Of a DNA stretch of 64,000 nt, positions 12,331 through 25,694 are shown one piece after another (position 1 is the stretch's first letter; each line of letters opens with the position of its first letter). Position numbers and translations under genes: made by a program. The stretch is taken from assembly GCF_004010195.1 (NCBI RefSeq), contig NC_057719.1:80054709-80118708 (forward strand), given 5' to 3'. The DNA comes from Chiloscyllium plagiosum (Eukaryota). Below the pieces are notes generated by a model. The model was not told the DNA's origin, did not search any database, and saw only the letters and a program-made list of their open reading frames with translations.

Positions 12331-14422
12331 TAGGCTAATTTCTAACTAATCCATATCTTCTCACATGCATATATATAATCACTCCACATTCTTTCTCATA
12401 GCTTCACAGCACTGAGATTTAGACTGGCCTTTAATTGTTCGATCGATCTCTCTTTTTTTAAATTAATGAGATGTTATTAGACCTCCCCTGGCTCATCACT
12501 TTAGCCAGAGAGGATTTGAAAGCTTCTGCCACTGCCTCTGATATCTCCTCCCATGCCTCCCTCAATAGCTGGGATAAATCTCATCTGTTCCCATGGATTT
12601 ATCAACTTCAGGCTGTTAAACCCATTAGTATCTCCCCTTTTTTTTGTTAATTTCTTCTAACGTTACACTGTCTTCACAATGGAACAGGACTGGCACAGTA
12701 TTCATTGTAGACTGTGCCCCATCTTCCCGGTTTTCTCTCTCTAGTTATGTCTGTGGTTCCTCATGGTCCTTCATCTTCCCTGAGTTATTTCCTTGCTCAT
12801 TCTATATTTAAAAACATTTTTACATTTCTTAAGCTTCTCTAGGCCTTTATTGCCTTTTACTTTCTGTTTGCATCATTCTGTCTAAGGTCAAACCTATTTC
12901 TTTGAAAGAGTTTGACTTCAGTTAAGTCTGAATTTTCTTGTAACACATATTACATGCATTGCTCAATTACAATAGGTTACTTATTACTTCTAGCATTTGT
13001 ACAGAAATGCTATGATATGTCTGGACTCTTTGCTCTTTTTTTTCCCAACAGCGTTATGTTTTTAAAGTTGAAGATTAAATTCCAGATTGAAGTGTACATG
13101 TTCTAATCTTTGTTTAAAAACTTGCAACTGTTTCAAATCTCAGATAATTAGTCATAACTGAATTTAAATGTCTGTTCTGTTAACTATAAATACAATTTTG
13201 CTTAAGTTTATGTTGGCGATCTTTAAAACCAAAAATTCTTTCTCCAAATTTTAGATCTTATAGTAGCAATCCTGAAACTGCTACATGTCCAGATTTTATT
13301 TTAAATTTATGAACTATGGTTTATTTCTTGCGGTTATGAACTTCCTGTGCATAAGCTGCTTTTATGTTATGTGGAACGGAGTCCTCCACGCTCTGAATTC
13401 AGAGACCAGTTTGTTGTTGGGAGGCTTTTTCATTAACTTTGGTTTAGCTTTGGGCCACAGCTGGCTATGTAGACAGTAATGAAACACTGGTATCAGCATT
13501 GCTATGTCAAAAAGACACAGAGGTCTTTAGCCTATGGAGTCTGCACCAGTTGAACACAACCACAGAAAAACCATTCTAATCCCATTTTCTAGCACTCTTC
13601 CCATAGCCTTGACGTTGCAAATGCGCATTGAAATACTACTAAAATGTTATTACAGTTTCTGTCTCTACCAACCGTACAGGTAGTGACTTCTAGGTTCCCA
13701 AAACCGTTTGGCTTTAAACAAAGAAGTTCCTTGCATCTCCTGTTAACCACCTGCTCCTTACCTTTAAATCTATGGCTTCTGGTCATTAGTGCCCAAATCC
13801 CTTCCATTTTCCCTCTTCCAGAAACTGCTTTCTCTTGAGGATATCCTTAATTTTCATCTTGGACAAGTAGATAAATTCCATGTTCCCTATTTCCATTTTT
13901 TGTTTTGACTGTTACATCCTGCAATGTTTAAATCCCAGTTCTGATTTTTCTGTAACCGTGTTTCAGTTTTCCTCCTGTGCTTTGATTCCCCCATGCAAGA
14001 TTTCCTGTAGTTCAAGTTAAGGACACCAAATTGCTGTAAAGATGTTTCAATTCAATTGATTCCCTCATTTATGTTTAAACACCTTTTGGGCTCCTGTTCT
14101 GTAACATTTACATATTCCCGTGTCATCAGTGTCCTCCTTTACCTTATTATTTGCTATATTCTCCAACCCTGCTTTGTTTACGTTTATGCTGCATGCGTTT
14201 CTTGTAAATCTGTTCCTGACTATGTTTCTTGTTTTAAAGTAACTATTACAGCTGGATTTACCCTCTTACGTTGCAAATTTCTTTCCAGTTGCCATGTTAT
14301 ATCCATTACCTTGGTAATGCACGGGCAGCTCACCCTCGAGTCTGCTTGTCCTTATCTGGGGAAGATGCTACTATGTTGTAGGTGTGTTGTAGAGGTGCAG
14401 GTGTTGGACAGAGGTGTATAAC

Positions 14423-14587
14423 GTTAAATATCTCTCAATGCCAGGTTATAGTCTAACAGGTTTATTTGGAAGCACTAGCTTTTGGAGTGCTGCTCCTTTT
14501 TATCAGGTGTTGAAGGAGCAGTGCTCTGAAAGCTAGTGCTTTCAGACAAGCCAGTTAGATTATAACCTGGTGTTGTGTAATCTTATA
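14423..14587. mobile_element. Palindromic PLE-derived element, family C
   Basis: Arms ccaggttatagtctaac...agcactagctt pair with aagctagtgct...gttagattataacctgg; decayed hammerhead-like cores at the centre. Confidence 0.65.
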
Positions 14588-15793
14588 GCTGAGTGTACAC
14601 TTACCACATAGCTCAAAAAACTGTCTGGGAAGGATAGCAATGGTCTGCATTGTGATTATCCTCCCTGTCGTCTTTCCTGTTCTCAGAATAGCAAGTACAA
14701 GTGCCTGTTTGATAGAAAAAGAAATCTTGCAGATGCTGCAAGTGTATTTGCTCTACACAATGGCCCAATACTGACCTCCTGCTCTACAGTTCTGACAACA
14801 TTCCTACATTCTGCAGGTGGAGTTCTGTAAGACATTTAGTAAAGTCCCATCATATATAATCTGAGTTGAAGGTAAATTATTGACCCAGTTAGGGAGTTGG
14901 TGGAGTAGCAGGAGACAGAATAGAAATATTGGACAGATACTCCAGAATTAAATGTATGTCATCTTGCAATAATACATTTACTAACCACTCGGATGCTGGA
15001 ATAGAAAGCAAAATTTCCAATTTGCTTGTATGGGCATCATCTGCAAATGTTCCAATTAAAGTTAAATGAATGGATTTCAAGGTCTGCAATTGCTAGGTCA
15101 TGCACCTTTTGACCTAAGATGAGTTTTACAAGATAATCTAAGCAATGAAGGTCCAAAGAAAAGAGCAAAATAATATGGATGCTAGAAATCCGAAATAAGA
15201 GCATAACATTGTGGATAAAAATATTAGTTTTCCTGCTGCTGCTCTACCAAGGCACACTCACTAAGAATGTTGGGAAAATTATCCAACCTCATTACTCACT
15301 CCAAGTAATTATTAGATGTACATGCTATCCATGGTGACCAAACTCTCCAAGCAAGTCTCTTAGAAACTTAGTGAAATTTATTTACTTAATATTTGGAGTT
15401 ACCAAGGTTTTAGCCTCATGACAGTAAATAAAAGGCAATTTAATCAGGACAGTTGTAGCTTGGAGTGGTGTTTGCGAATACCTGCGGTCCTTGACCTTCA
15501 GTGGCAGCTGTTATAATCTAAACTGGTGTTTACTGTTTGCTGAGACTTGTCATTATCAAATGACATTTCTTCAAAAATCTTAGATTTGGGCTTGAATATG
15601 TTTGGGCTAGATACCCACTGACTTTCAAGCCAAGCTTGGAGTAGTGATAATAGCAATTTGCCAACTCTTCCTTTTTCCTTTCTTGAAACATGTTTACCTA
15701 ATCATTTTAGAAAGGTGCTGATTTTATTTTTTCCTCAGGTTCTGGTGTTGTCTATAAAAGTTGGAATTCACTTGATAACCCACTGTTTTTCAG

Positions 15794-15846
15794 ATTGAAT
15801 GAAATTGCGTCGAGACTGAAAAACGCGAATCTGTCAGATTGCACAG
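15794..15846 (+). CDS. BUB1B: BUB1B small exon (LNEIASRLKNANLSDCT)
   Basis: gtttttcag acceptor, CAG|gtaaca donor; supplies the phase 2 to 1 change needed to keep frame. Confidence 0.75.
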
Positions 15847-17699
15847 GTAACAAGTCATTGTTTTGTCTTATTACCTAGTCTTCGTAATTTGATACAATTT
15901 GCATACAAACTGACTTTTATACAGAATAATGCTGAGGGGGATTTTGCAGCTTTTCATCTTGTGCTAATCAGAACCATCGTAAGAATACCAACATTCAAAC
16001 TATTCACAACAGTTTATTTTGGGGTTGGGGGGGGGGGCGAAGCGGGTTGTGAAAGGGTACTGATTACTCATATCAGAGTAGACTTGCCAACCAAAGAGAA
16101 TGCAATAGGAGACAATAGACACCTTGTGCTTCTGGACAATTCAAAAAGAAAAGGCACAGGCTGAACCTATTGCTTTTTGTTTGCAGAGAATGAGTCCTTG
16201 CATGTGAATGTACAATATGTCCTCACTGAGAATAGAATTGCATTCTTAAACAGACTTTAAGTGAAATGATTTTGCAAATCCGTGATTAAATCTGGAACTA
16301 GGTTCCAAAACTTGTATATGGATCTGATGGGGTCAATGCTGATTGAGTGCCATAAGAGCCACCTATTGTGGTGTCACATGGACTAGTTGAGAGTAACTAA
16401 GGAGTCATACCTGGTCTTTCCAACAGTCTTGAATCATATGCATAACCTTGTAACAGGTAAATCATTCCAGAGATGCAGTCAACTGTATCTTGCTTACCAA
16501 AGAGTCTTTTCCAGTTCGACCAGAAAGTGGCAATCCTCTCCACGCTAGTACTTACTTCCTGGAGAAGCATACGACTGTAAGGTTGTAATGGCAGCATGTA
16601 CAATAGCTTCCTTTGGACATCTGAGCCTGGATAAAATGACAAGTTGAAGGATTGTACCATATGTATGTGTGCGATGTGCATCCTAGCTGAGTGATTTGCA
16701 ACAAAAAAATCACTTATTTTAAACAAAATATTGTATAAATTCATTTTGGATACACTAGCAGGCTCTTGAGCAGTCCCTCTAGTTAAAAGATGACTTGCTG
16801 CTTCTCTGGCTCAATCCGTTCTGAGATGGCTGATAAATCCACTGAGTAATCTGCAGGCTCTGCCATATATCTGCAGATTTTTCTTGGGAGTTCAGGTAGT
16901 TCTGAGGCTTTTGCATTCGTCATTTTGATTTGCTTCTGCGTGTTGCCAGTGAAATCTGTTTTCAGTACCTTCCCAAATATTCAATCTCCCATTTTGCTTA
17001 GCAACCATGAGTTGAAGGGGTATCCTTGATCTTTGTATATATGCTTAAGGTGTCTTCATGATGGTGCATATCAGTAGCTCATAGCTTTGATGAAAGGCAT
17101 GTTAGCTTGAAGGAAGACCTGCTGTAATCTCTTTCTTTCCACTAGAATTGAAGGCATTTTGAAGAAACCAGTGGCGATTTGATGTGCCTGGTGATAACCT
17201 GATCTTAGTTTGAGATTCTGGTTCTCTTGAGAAGCTCAGTAATTAAAGTTAGGAATTATCTTTTGTGTTGAATTGAAGGCACAGTCAACAACCACTTCCT
17301 GGTGGAGTTAATGGAATGAAGGACCAGGTTCTTCATAACCTTAGTTTATCCAAACTGGGAATTTTCTTTTGCTGCTTCCAGTGATCAGTAGAATCAGTAG
17401 AACCATAGAATCAACTATGGCAGTTACATAGTTGATTCTACGGTTCATTTTGGTGCTGCATTCTTTGGGTCATATAAATTTCTATTGCCTGAGCCGTGAG
17501 TTGGAAACCTCTCGTTGACCAAATCAAGTAGGTCATGTTTGTGTGGTCTATCTCTTCAAGTTGACTGTCTAGACATGTTAAGTCTTCGTTGGATCGTCTA
17601 TTTGCATGAGATGCAAGCGATTCCACTGTACCTGCCTCCATTTCATCAATGCAAACCTCTGACACCAAGGTGTTGATTGCACACAGAGCCTCTGTAATA

Positions 17700-18520
17700 G
17701 CATTGTGCAATCTTCATGGCCACTGGCACATTTTGGACCACAATTTCATTCTCACTGTTCAGGCATGTCAATGTGACTTCTTCCCATGAATCAACAATAT
17801 TGAACGTGCCCTTGAGGATGTAGCCATGTAAAAATTACCTGACTGGTGCCTTCTCATTGTCTGTTGCCTTGAGTTAAGGAGAAAGTGAGGACTGTAGATG
17901 CTGGAGAGTCAGTCAAAAAGTGTGGTGCTGGAAAAACACAGTAGGTCAAGCAGCGTCCGAGAAGCAGGAGAGTCAACTTTTCGGGCATAAGCCCTTCATC
18001 AGGAATGTGGAGGGGATGGGAGCTGAAAGATAAATGGAGAGATGGGGCTGAGTGGAAGGTAGCTGGGAATGTGATAGGTGGATGCAGGTGGGGCTAATAG
18101 TGAGAGGTCGATGGGGAGGGTGGAGCAGATGGTTTGAAAGGAAGATAGCAGGTAGGACAGGTCAAGAGGGTAGTGCCAAGTTGAAGGTTTGGATCTGGGA
18201 TAAGGTGGGGAGAGGAGAGATTTGAAAAATGTTGATTTGAATGCTATGATGAGCAAATGTTCCTTGGGATAGCAATCAATAGTGTTGTCTTAGACTGATA
18301 CACCATGGAAGGTTTAAACTTTAGATTCTTATGCAGCATTTCCATTAAGTAGAGCAGTAAGGTGATCTTTGGCAACTTCAAATCTGGATGCCATCTTTCA
18401 ACCATGTTTTCTGTGACAAATGTTTCTAAACAAGTCCTGTCTTTTTAATATTAAACCTATGCTGGTAAGTAGCTTCCTTCAAGTAGGCAGAAAATTCATC
18501 TGCTTCTGTAACAGGACTAG
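17700..18520 (-). mobile_element. Decayed RTE-like LINE 3' region, interrupted by a PLE
   Basis: Minus-strand sequence resembles RTE ORF C-terminus; heavily degenerate. Confidence 0.35.
17878..18240 (-). mobile_element. Penelope-like element 3' end, family A (older variant)
   Basis: ggagaaagtgaggact terminus; minus-strand CTGATGAAGGGCTTATGCCCGAAA. Confidence 0.8.
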
Positions 18521-18929
18521 CTGCAGTTCATCAGACATTTTAACATCTCAGTACTGTAACTACCCTTAACTAGCATTGAAACTTTCTAACTGAACACTCA
18601 ACTCCCTCATTCTGCAAGTCTTCCATTAGGTTTTTTGCTTTTTCTTGCTTCAAACTAATCAGGTGCCGATTTTGGCCTTCAATACAGGCTCAACCTGTTG
18701 GCACTCGAAATTGCTAGTTGTTTTCAGCTGCAGTGTTTTAAAACATAAAGTTTCTCACTTGCTTCCTTTGCACAGCAGGCTGACTACTACTACTTGCTGG
18801 GCCCTTCTGACTTGTGTTTAAAAGAGATTCCAATGAATTGCAGCACCAAATCACATCTGGAATTAGGGATTTTTAACTAGGTCCTGCTTCTCACTGCAAT
18901 CCAAGTGAGTCTCAATGCCCGTAAGGAGG

Positions 18930-19810
18930 GATTTTTGACTTGGTCATAATGAAGGAATGCCAATATGTTTCCAAGTCAGAATGGCGAGTGGCTTGAAGGG
19001 GAATTTATAGGTGCTGGTAATCCAATGTATCTGCTGCCCTTTTTCTTTCTAGATGGAGGAGATCATGGGTTCGGAAGATGCTCTTTAAGGATCTTTGAAT
19101 TTCTACATCCTGTAGGTAATGAGAATTGGTGGTGGTGGAGTGGAAGCTTGAGGATGTGGTGGCAATCAAGTGGGCTACTCTGCCATAGATGGTGTCAAGC
19201 TTTGAGTGTTATTGGAGCTGCATCCATCCAGGCAAGTGGGGAGTATTTCATCACACTCCTGACTTGAACCTTGTAGATAGTGGTCAAACTTTGGGGAGTC
19301 AGCAGGAGGTGAGTTACTTGATGCAGTATTCCTAGCCAGTGACCAGCTGTTGAACCCTGCATGTTAGTGGTGAGTCCTGTTGAGTTTCTGATCAAAGGTA
19401 GACACACACACCCCCCCCCCCCCCGCCACCGCAATATTTAAATAGTGGGAAGTTCGGTGATGGACAATGACATTCAAAATGGTATAACCATCTGTTATTT
19501 GAGATTGTCATTGCTGGCATTGTGTAGCATGAATGTAACTTGCCACTTGTCAGCCTGAAACTTGTCTAGATCTTGTTGCATTTGAACATGGGCTGCTTCA
19601 GTATCCGAGGAGTTATGAAATCTGCTGAACATCCACAATTCTGACCTTATGATAGAGAGAGGTCATTGAAGCAGCATTGAAGAAGGTCAGTGAAGATGTT
19701 TGAGCCTAGGGCACTACCCTAATAAACTTGTGCTGAGATTACTGACCTTCAGCAGCCACAGCCATCATCCTTTTGTGCCAGGTTTGACTCCAACCAGTGG
19801 AGAGCTTTAC
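18930..19810 (-). mobile_element. LINE ORF2 3' fragment (second CR1/L2-group family)
   Basis: Minus ORF 19195-19434 includes TIYKVQVRSVMKYSPLAW, a non-LTR RT C-terminal pattern. Confidence 0.75.
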
Positions 19811-22141
19811 CCTGATTCCTAGATTCTGCAGCCAATGGGTCTATTGTGCTTGAGTTTCTTATGAATTTAGGCATACATTGAATCCATAGGGATGTTCATT
19901 TGTATTTTACTGGCTTATTGAAATGTCTTTGAAATGTTTAGTCGACTTTAATGTAGCCTATTTACAATTGTCAGAAATGACATTGCATGCGAACAAAAGA
20001 TGTATATCCTAACTTTGCTCCTTTCTGGAATTGCCCCAGAGCTTGCAAGGCACAATTTTTCTCCTTGACATACATTTTCCAATTAGCACCTGTGGCTCCT
20101 ATAGTAGAAGTGAACATTGTTTGAAACTAAGTATTCTTGTGTTCTGATAAGCGTAAGATAAAAAGCTTTGGCAATGAATCTCTTTCACTATTGTACTGGA
20201 TTGGCCAATGTCAGCTGTGCATCGGATTGAACATTCACTCTGATCAGGATTTGAATGTAGACCTATTTGAAACATCACCATGATTTGCTGGATGCAAGGA
20301 GCTCATCTGAAATGCATTATTTTGTTCTTTGTGGGTATGAAATCATAAAATTACAACATTTTTATTAAAACATACAGTTCACTCCAGATGCTGCAGGATG
20401 GTTTTGAGATATTTATGTGGAGGTGATGAGTATGATGTCAGGTTGCTCCAAGAGTGGATGGAACTTTGTTTTCTAATCACACCCAGAGCAGGAATATGAA
20501 AACCCTCACTGGATTTTTAAATGGAAGAGATAGTAATTCCCCTGATTAACACTAACATAATCCTACAGCAAACTTTGTTGTGACTGTCACTCGATTAAAC
20601 TGGCAAAAAGTATCTCCCTGAAATACCAGAAGTTTACTCTATTGTCGCAATCTCTTGAGTCAAGTGAGGTTGAGAGAGACTACTCTCTGGGAAGCTTTAT
20701 TTAAGGCAGAGTTGCATTTTTTAAGTGAATTATGCTGTAAATAAAGTATAACAGTATGTATACCCCTCTCATTATGTTTCTGTTGGTTTGGTTTTTTTTA
20801 CATTGATCAACAGGTCCACATAATCAACACAATATTTGATCAGCCAATACACTCCTAGTCCCATAATGTGGTTAATAAGTTTGTTATACATGAACCATTA
20901 AACTGTTGGTCATTTTATCAATCTCAGTATATTGATTTCTTTAATTAGTACAATTTTTTTTACTGGAAATCTGTTGCAACGGTGCTCTCTATGACATGGT
21001 AATGATAGAGAAAAACGTTCAATCTACCTCTTGATCCACATGCACTCACCATTTTCTATATAATGCATTTACTATTCTGGGAGTAGGAGGGTACATAAGA
21101 AGCATTGAAATGGTTCAGTCGCGATGCAGAATTTGCTTAACCTTATTCATTTGCCTATATTGAAATTAATTTGACATTTTATGCTTCAATCTGCACTATT
21201 TAACATGTCCCCTGTTTAAGTCAATAGGAAGCTCTGATATGTTGGCACTCTACTAATGCATTAGTTGATCAAATAAATAAAATAAATAATTAAGGCTCAA
21301 GCAAAAATCCCTGGTTAAGATGCTGTTAGTTTTGTCCTGCCAATAAGTAGTTCTGTCCGTTATTCCAACTCTCTCTCCTTCCACTTAGTCAAAAAGTAAA
21401 GACAGAGGAAATACTGCCAGACCTTGCTGTGATTTCCAGTATCCGTGGAAAGAGAAGCTAAATTGACCTTTTGCCAAAGGACAATTACCTTTCTTCAGAA
21501 CTGGGAATCGTAATGTTTTTTCTCTGGGTAGTGTGTAAAAAGAAAGGGCAAGTCTGTCATTGGGTTAAGAATGGGAGTGAATAAATGGAAATAAATTCAT
21601 AATTGCCTAATCTGGGCAAAAATTTACCTTTTGTGCCATGGTCCTCTGTTTTAATAATTATTCTTTTAAGGGACGGTCAATTTCACATGTCTTCTGGACA
21701 TTCATACAAATAACAAGCCTCGTTATTCTCCAGTCCAATATTTCAGTCACATCTCAAAATTTGATCAGATATGACATCATTTTAAAATCCATGCTTGCTG
21801 TGTGGTCACCTGAAAATTGAAAGCCACTCAATCCTTATTTGTAGATCTTAATTGTCCACCACTAGATTAGATAATTGGTATTAGATAAACTTGTTCCATT
21901 CCACTTAAACAATCGAATGATATTCAATCTAAATGATATGGTTCACAATTGACAATTTTGGAGTGTTTTGCTTCTGGAATATTCTCACCTACCTTTAATA
22001 TCTAGTCTTGGAAGCCATTTGGTACGGAGTTTTGTCAGTCATGCAGTCATTTTTCTCATTGCTGTTAGCTTGCATTAATTAAGTCCCTATATGTGATTCA
22101 ATACTAATTTCCTCTTGGATGTCTAACATGTGATCCTCTTG

Positions 22142-22363
22142 GTTGAAACTTTATTGCTGGAACAGCACAGCAGGTCAGGCAGCATCCAGGGAACAGGAGA
22201 TTCGACGTTTCGGGCACAGGCCCTTCTTCAGCTCATTCCTGAAGAAGGGCCTGTACCCGAAACGTCGAATCTCCTGTTCCCTGGATGCTGCCTGACCTGC
22301 TGTGCTGTTCCAGCAATAAAGTTTCAACTTTGATCTCCAGCATCTGCAGACCTCACTTTCTCC
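22142..22363. mobile_element. Young palindromic PLE-derived element, family A, hammerhead motif on both strands
   Basis: 90-bp arms 22142-22231 and 22239-22328 with 1 mismatch; 13-bp TSD ATGTGATCCTCTT (22128-22140, 22365-22377). Confidence 0.9.
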
Positions 22364-22537
22364 TATGTGATCCTCTTCCCAATTAGAAATAATGACTTGC
22401 ATCAATGATTTAAATTGTCATTTCTTTGTTTTCCTATCAATTATCATGGCTAACCAAGGAAGGTATGGTGTATAAAGTTGAAAGTAAAAGTATATAAGGA
22501 GTCAAGTCAGTGAAAACCCTGAAGACTGGGATAAGTT

Positions 22538-23150
22538 GTTGTTTGTAATTTTTATTAATGACTTAGATGAGGGAGTCGAAGGGTGGGTCAGTAAATTTGC
22601 AGATGATACGAAGATGGGTGGAGTTGTGGATCGTGAGGAGGGCTGTTGTCGGCTGCAGAGGGACTTCGATATGATGCAGAGCTGGGCTGGGGAGTGGCAG
22701 ATGGAGTTCAACCCTGCCAAGTGTGAGGTTGTCCATTTTGGAAGAACAAATAAGAATGCGGAATACAGGGTTAATGGTAGGGTTCTTAGTCAGGTGGAGG
22801 AACAGAGGGATCTTGGGGTCTATGTACATAGATCTTTGAAGGTTGCCACTCAGGTGAATAGAGTTTGTAAGAAGGCCTATGGAGTATCATCGTTCATTAG
22901 CAGAGGGATTGAATTCAAGAGTCGTGAAGTGATGTTGCAGCTGTACAGGACTTTGGTTAGGCCACAGTTGGAGTACTGTGTGCAGTTCTGGTCGCCTCAC
23001 TTTAGGAAAGATGTGGAAGCTTTGGAGAGGGTGCAGAGAAGATTTACCAGATAGGTACATGGATGGGTACTTAATCTAGGTTAGAAGTTCGGCACAACAT
23101 CATGGGCCGAAGGGCCTATTCTGTGCTGTATTGTTCTATGTTCTATGTTC
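22538..23150 (+). mobile_element. Young CR1 LINE RT fragment nested in an older CR1
   Basis: 172-aa ORF with SKFADDTK, WQMEFN, RPQLEYCVQFWSP; (TGTTCTA)n tail; TAAGTT duplicated at 22532-22537 and 23151-23156. Confidence 0.92.
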
Positions 23151-24266
23151 TAAGTTCAGTGTCAAGCAAAGGAGGTCTAAAAAGATAATAAAGGCAGAGA
23201 AAATAAACTACGAGGGCAAGCTGGCAAGGACTATAAAAACTGACAAGCTTCTTTAAGTATATAAAAAGGGACAAAGAAAGGTCAAAGTGAACATAGACTC
23301 CTTAGGACATGAATCTAGGGGATAGTTATGCAGAAAAAGAAATGGCAGGGGAGTCAAAGATATTTTGCTTTGGTTGTAATTTTCCAAAAATCCTTTTGAT
23401 TCTGGAGAAGTGCCCAGAGGATTAGAAAACTGCCAATGTAACACCCCTTTTTAAATAAGAGAGGAAGGTGAAAAAGAGGTAATTATAGGCTGATTAGCAT
23501 AACATCAGTTGAAAAAAGTTGGAGTGAGTTATTAAGGAAGTAATGACATTTGGAAAATGATAATCTAATCAAGCAGCATAGCTTCATGAAAGGGAAATAA
23601 TACCGGGCGAATTTTGAGTTTTTTTGTAAAGGTCTCAGCCAGAGTGGCCAGAGAGGAACCAATAGATGTGTTGTATTTGGACTTTCAGAAGGCATTTGAC
23701 AAAGTGCCTCATCAAAGATTAAATCATAAGAGTCCATGGTGTTGAGGATGGTGTATTGGCATGGATAGAGAATTGGCTAATTGGCAGGAACAGAGTGTGG
23801 TGGTTCTTTCTCAAGTTAGTGACCAGTAAGCAGTGGGGTTCCACAGATCAGTGCTGGGACTGCAACTGATTACTATTGCATATCATTGTCTTGGGGGAAG
23901 ACAATGAATGTATCATAGCCAAATTTTCAGGTGACACAAATATGAATGGAAAAGCAAGTTGTATGTGGGTTACGAGCAGTTGAGAGAGATATTGATAGGT
24001 TATGTAAGTGGGCAAAAAGTTGGCAAACAAAGTACAATGTAGGAGAATGTAAAGTTGTTCCCTTTGAAAGAGAAGAAAATGAGGACTGCAGATGCTGGAG
24101 ATCAGAGCTGGAAAAGCGCAGCAGGTCAGGCAGCATCCAGGGAACAGGAGAATCGACGTTTCGGGCATAAGCCCTTCTTCACCCCTGCCCCCTGTAAAAA
24201 CTCCATCCCATTCTCCCAATTCCTTCGACTCCGCCGTATCTGCTCCCAGGAGGACCAGTTCCAAAA

Positions 24267-24816
24267 NNNNNNNNNNNNNNNNNNNNNNNNNNNNNNNNNN
24301 NNNNNNNNNNNNNNNNNNNNNNNNNNNNNNNNNNNNNNNNNNNNNNNNNNNNNNNNNNNNNNNNNNNNNNNNNNNNNNNNNNNNNNNNNNNNNNNNNNNN
24401 NNNNNNNNNNNNNNNNNNNNNNNNNNNNNNNNNNNNNNNNNNNNNNNNNNNNNNNNNNNNNNNNNNNNNNNNNNNNNNNNNNNNNNNNNNNNNNNNNNNN
24501 NNNNNNNNNNNNNNNNNNNNNNNNNNNNNNNNNNNNNNNNNNNNNNNNNNNNNNNNNNNNNNNNNNNNNNNNNNNNNNNNNNNNNNNNNNNNNNNNNNNN
24601 NNNNNNNNNNNNNNNNNNNNNNNNNNNNNNNNNNNNNNNNNNNNNNNNNNNNNNNNNNNNNNNNNNNNNNNNNNNNNNNNNNNNNNNNNNNNNNNNNNNN
24701 NNNNNNNNNNNNNNNNNNNNNNNNNNNNNNNNNNNNNNNNNNNNNNNNNNNNNNNNNNNNNNNNNNNNNNNNNNNNNNNNNNNNNNNNNNNNNNNNNNNN
24801 NNNNNNNNNNNNNNNN
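24267..24816. other. Assembly gap (550 N)
   Basis: Run of N inside the PLE. Confidence 1.
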
Positions 24817-24996
24817 AATCCATCGAATTCAGCACCGCCTTCCTAACCTGCAATCTTTTCTCTGACCTCTCCGCCCTCACCCCATTCTGACCTATCACCC
24901 TCACCTTGACCTCTTTCCACCTATCACATTTCCGACGCCCCTCCCCCAAGTCCCTCCTCCCTACCTTTTATCTTAGCCTGCTGGACAAACTTTCCT

Positions 24997-25033
24997 CATT
25001 CCTGAAGAAGGGCTTCTGCCCGAAACGTCGATT
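24997..25033 (+). ncRNA. Minimal type I hammerhead ribozyme motif (PLE-type)
   Basis: CTGAAGA-A-GGGC ttct GCCC-GAAA-CGTC: core boxes, 4-bp stem II, palindromic ACGT helix III and GUC site; stem I is weak. Confidence 0.7.
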
Positions 25034-25694
25034 CTTCTGTTCCCTGGATGCTGCCTGACCTGCTGCGTTTTCCAGCAACACATTTTCAGCCCTTTGAAAG
25101 AGAACAAAATATAAAGTTATTTAAATGTAAAACTGCAGAAAGTTGCAACACAAAGGGATTTGGGTATACTTGTGCATGAAACAAAGCTAGCACACAGGCA
25201 CAGCAAGTAACCAGGGAAGACTAATGGATGTTGACATATAGGAGTAGGAAGTCTTACTAAACTTTTACAAGATCTATGATGCTGCATCTGAAGTGAGAGA
25301 AGTTTTATTCTCTTTATGGAAAGATATCATTTCATTGGAGGCAGTTCAGAAAAGTTCACTAGTGTGATCCCTTGTATGGAGGAATTGCTTTTGATCAAAG
25401 GCTAACAAGTTGGGATTCTGTTCACTGGAGTTTAGAAGAAAGAGAGATAATCTCATCGAAACATATATCAGATTCTTAAGGGGCTTGACAGAGTGAATGC
25501 TGAGAGGATGTTTCATCTCACAGATGAGTAGTCCCCGAGAATACAGTCTTGAAGTAAAGGAGTGCCTGTTTAAGACTAAGATAAGGAGGGATATCTTCTC
25601 AGGGTTGAATGTCTTTGGAATCCCTTGCCATATAGAGCTGTGGGGCCAGAATCCTTGTATATGTTTAAAGCTGAGATCGATAAATTCTTAATCA

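Larger units (their letters stand above)
24075..25089 (+). mobile_element. Penelope-like element, family A: inverted 5' pseudo-LTR, ORF fragment, gap, 3' pseudo-LTR
   Basis: Encodes SIPFSQFLRLRRICS (PLE RT C-terminal motif); 15-bp TSD CCCTTTGAAAGAGAA (24060-24074, 25090-25104). Confidence 0.88.

Noticed and set aside
16187..16260. Strong-looking acceptor ttttgtttgcag
   Set aside because: In-frame TAA without a good donor; resembles a repeat also seen near 2800
20814..20860. Acceptor-like site caacag|gtccac
   Set aside because: Stops in all three frames within ~45 nt and no convincing donor
24055..24949. Three long ORFs (256-263 aa)
   Set aside because: Artefacts of translating through the N gap
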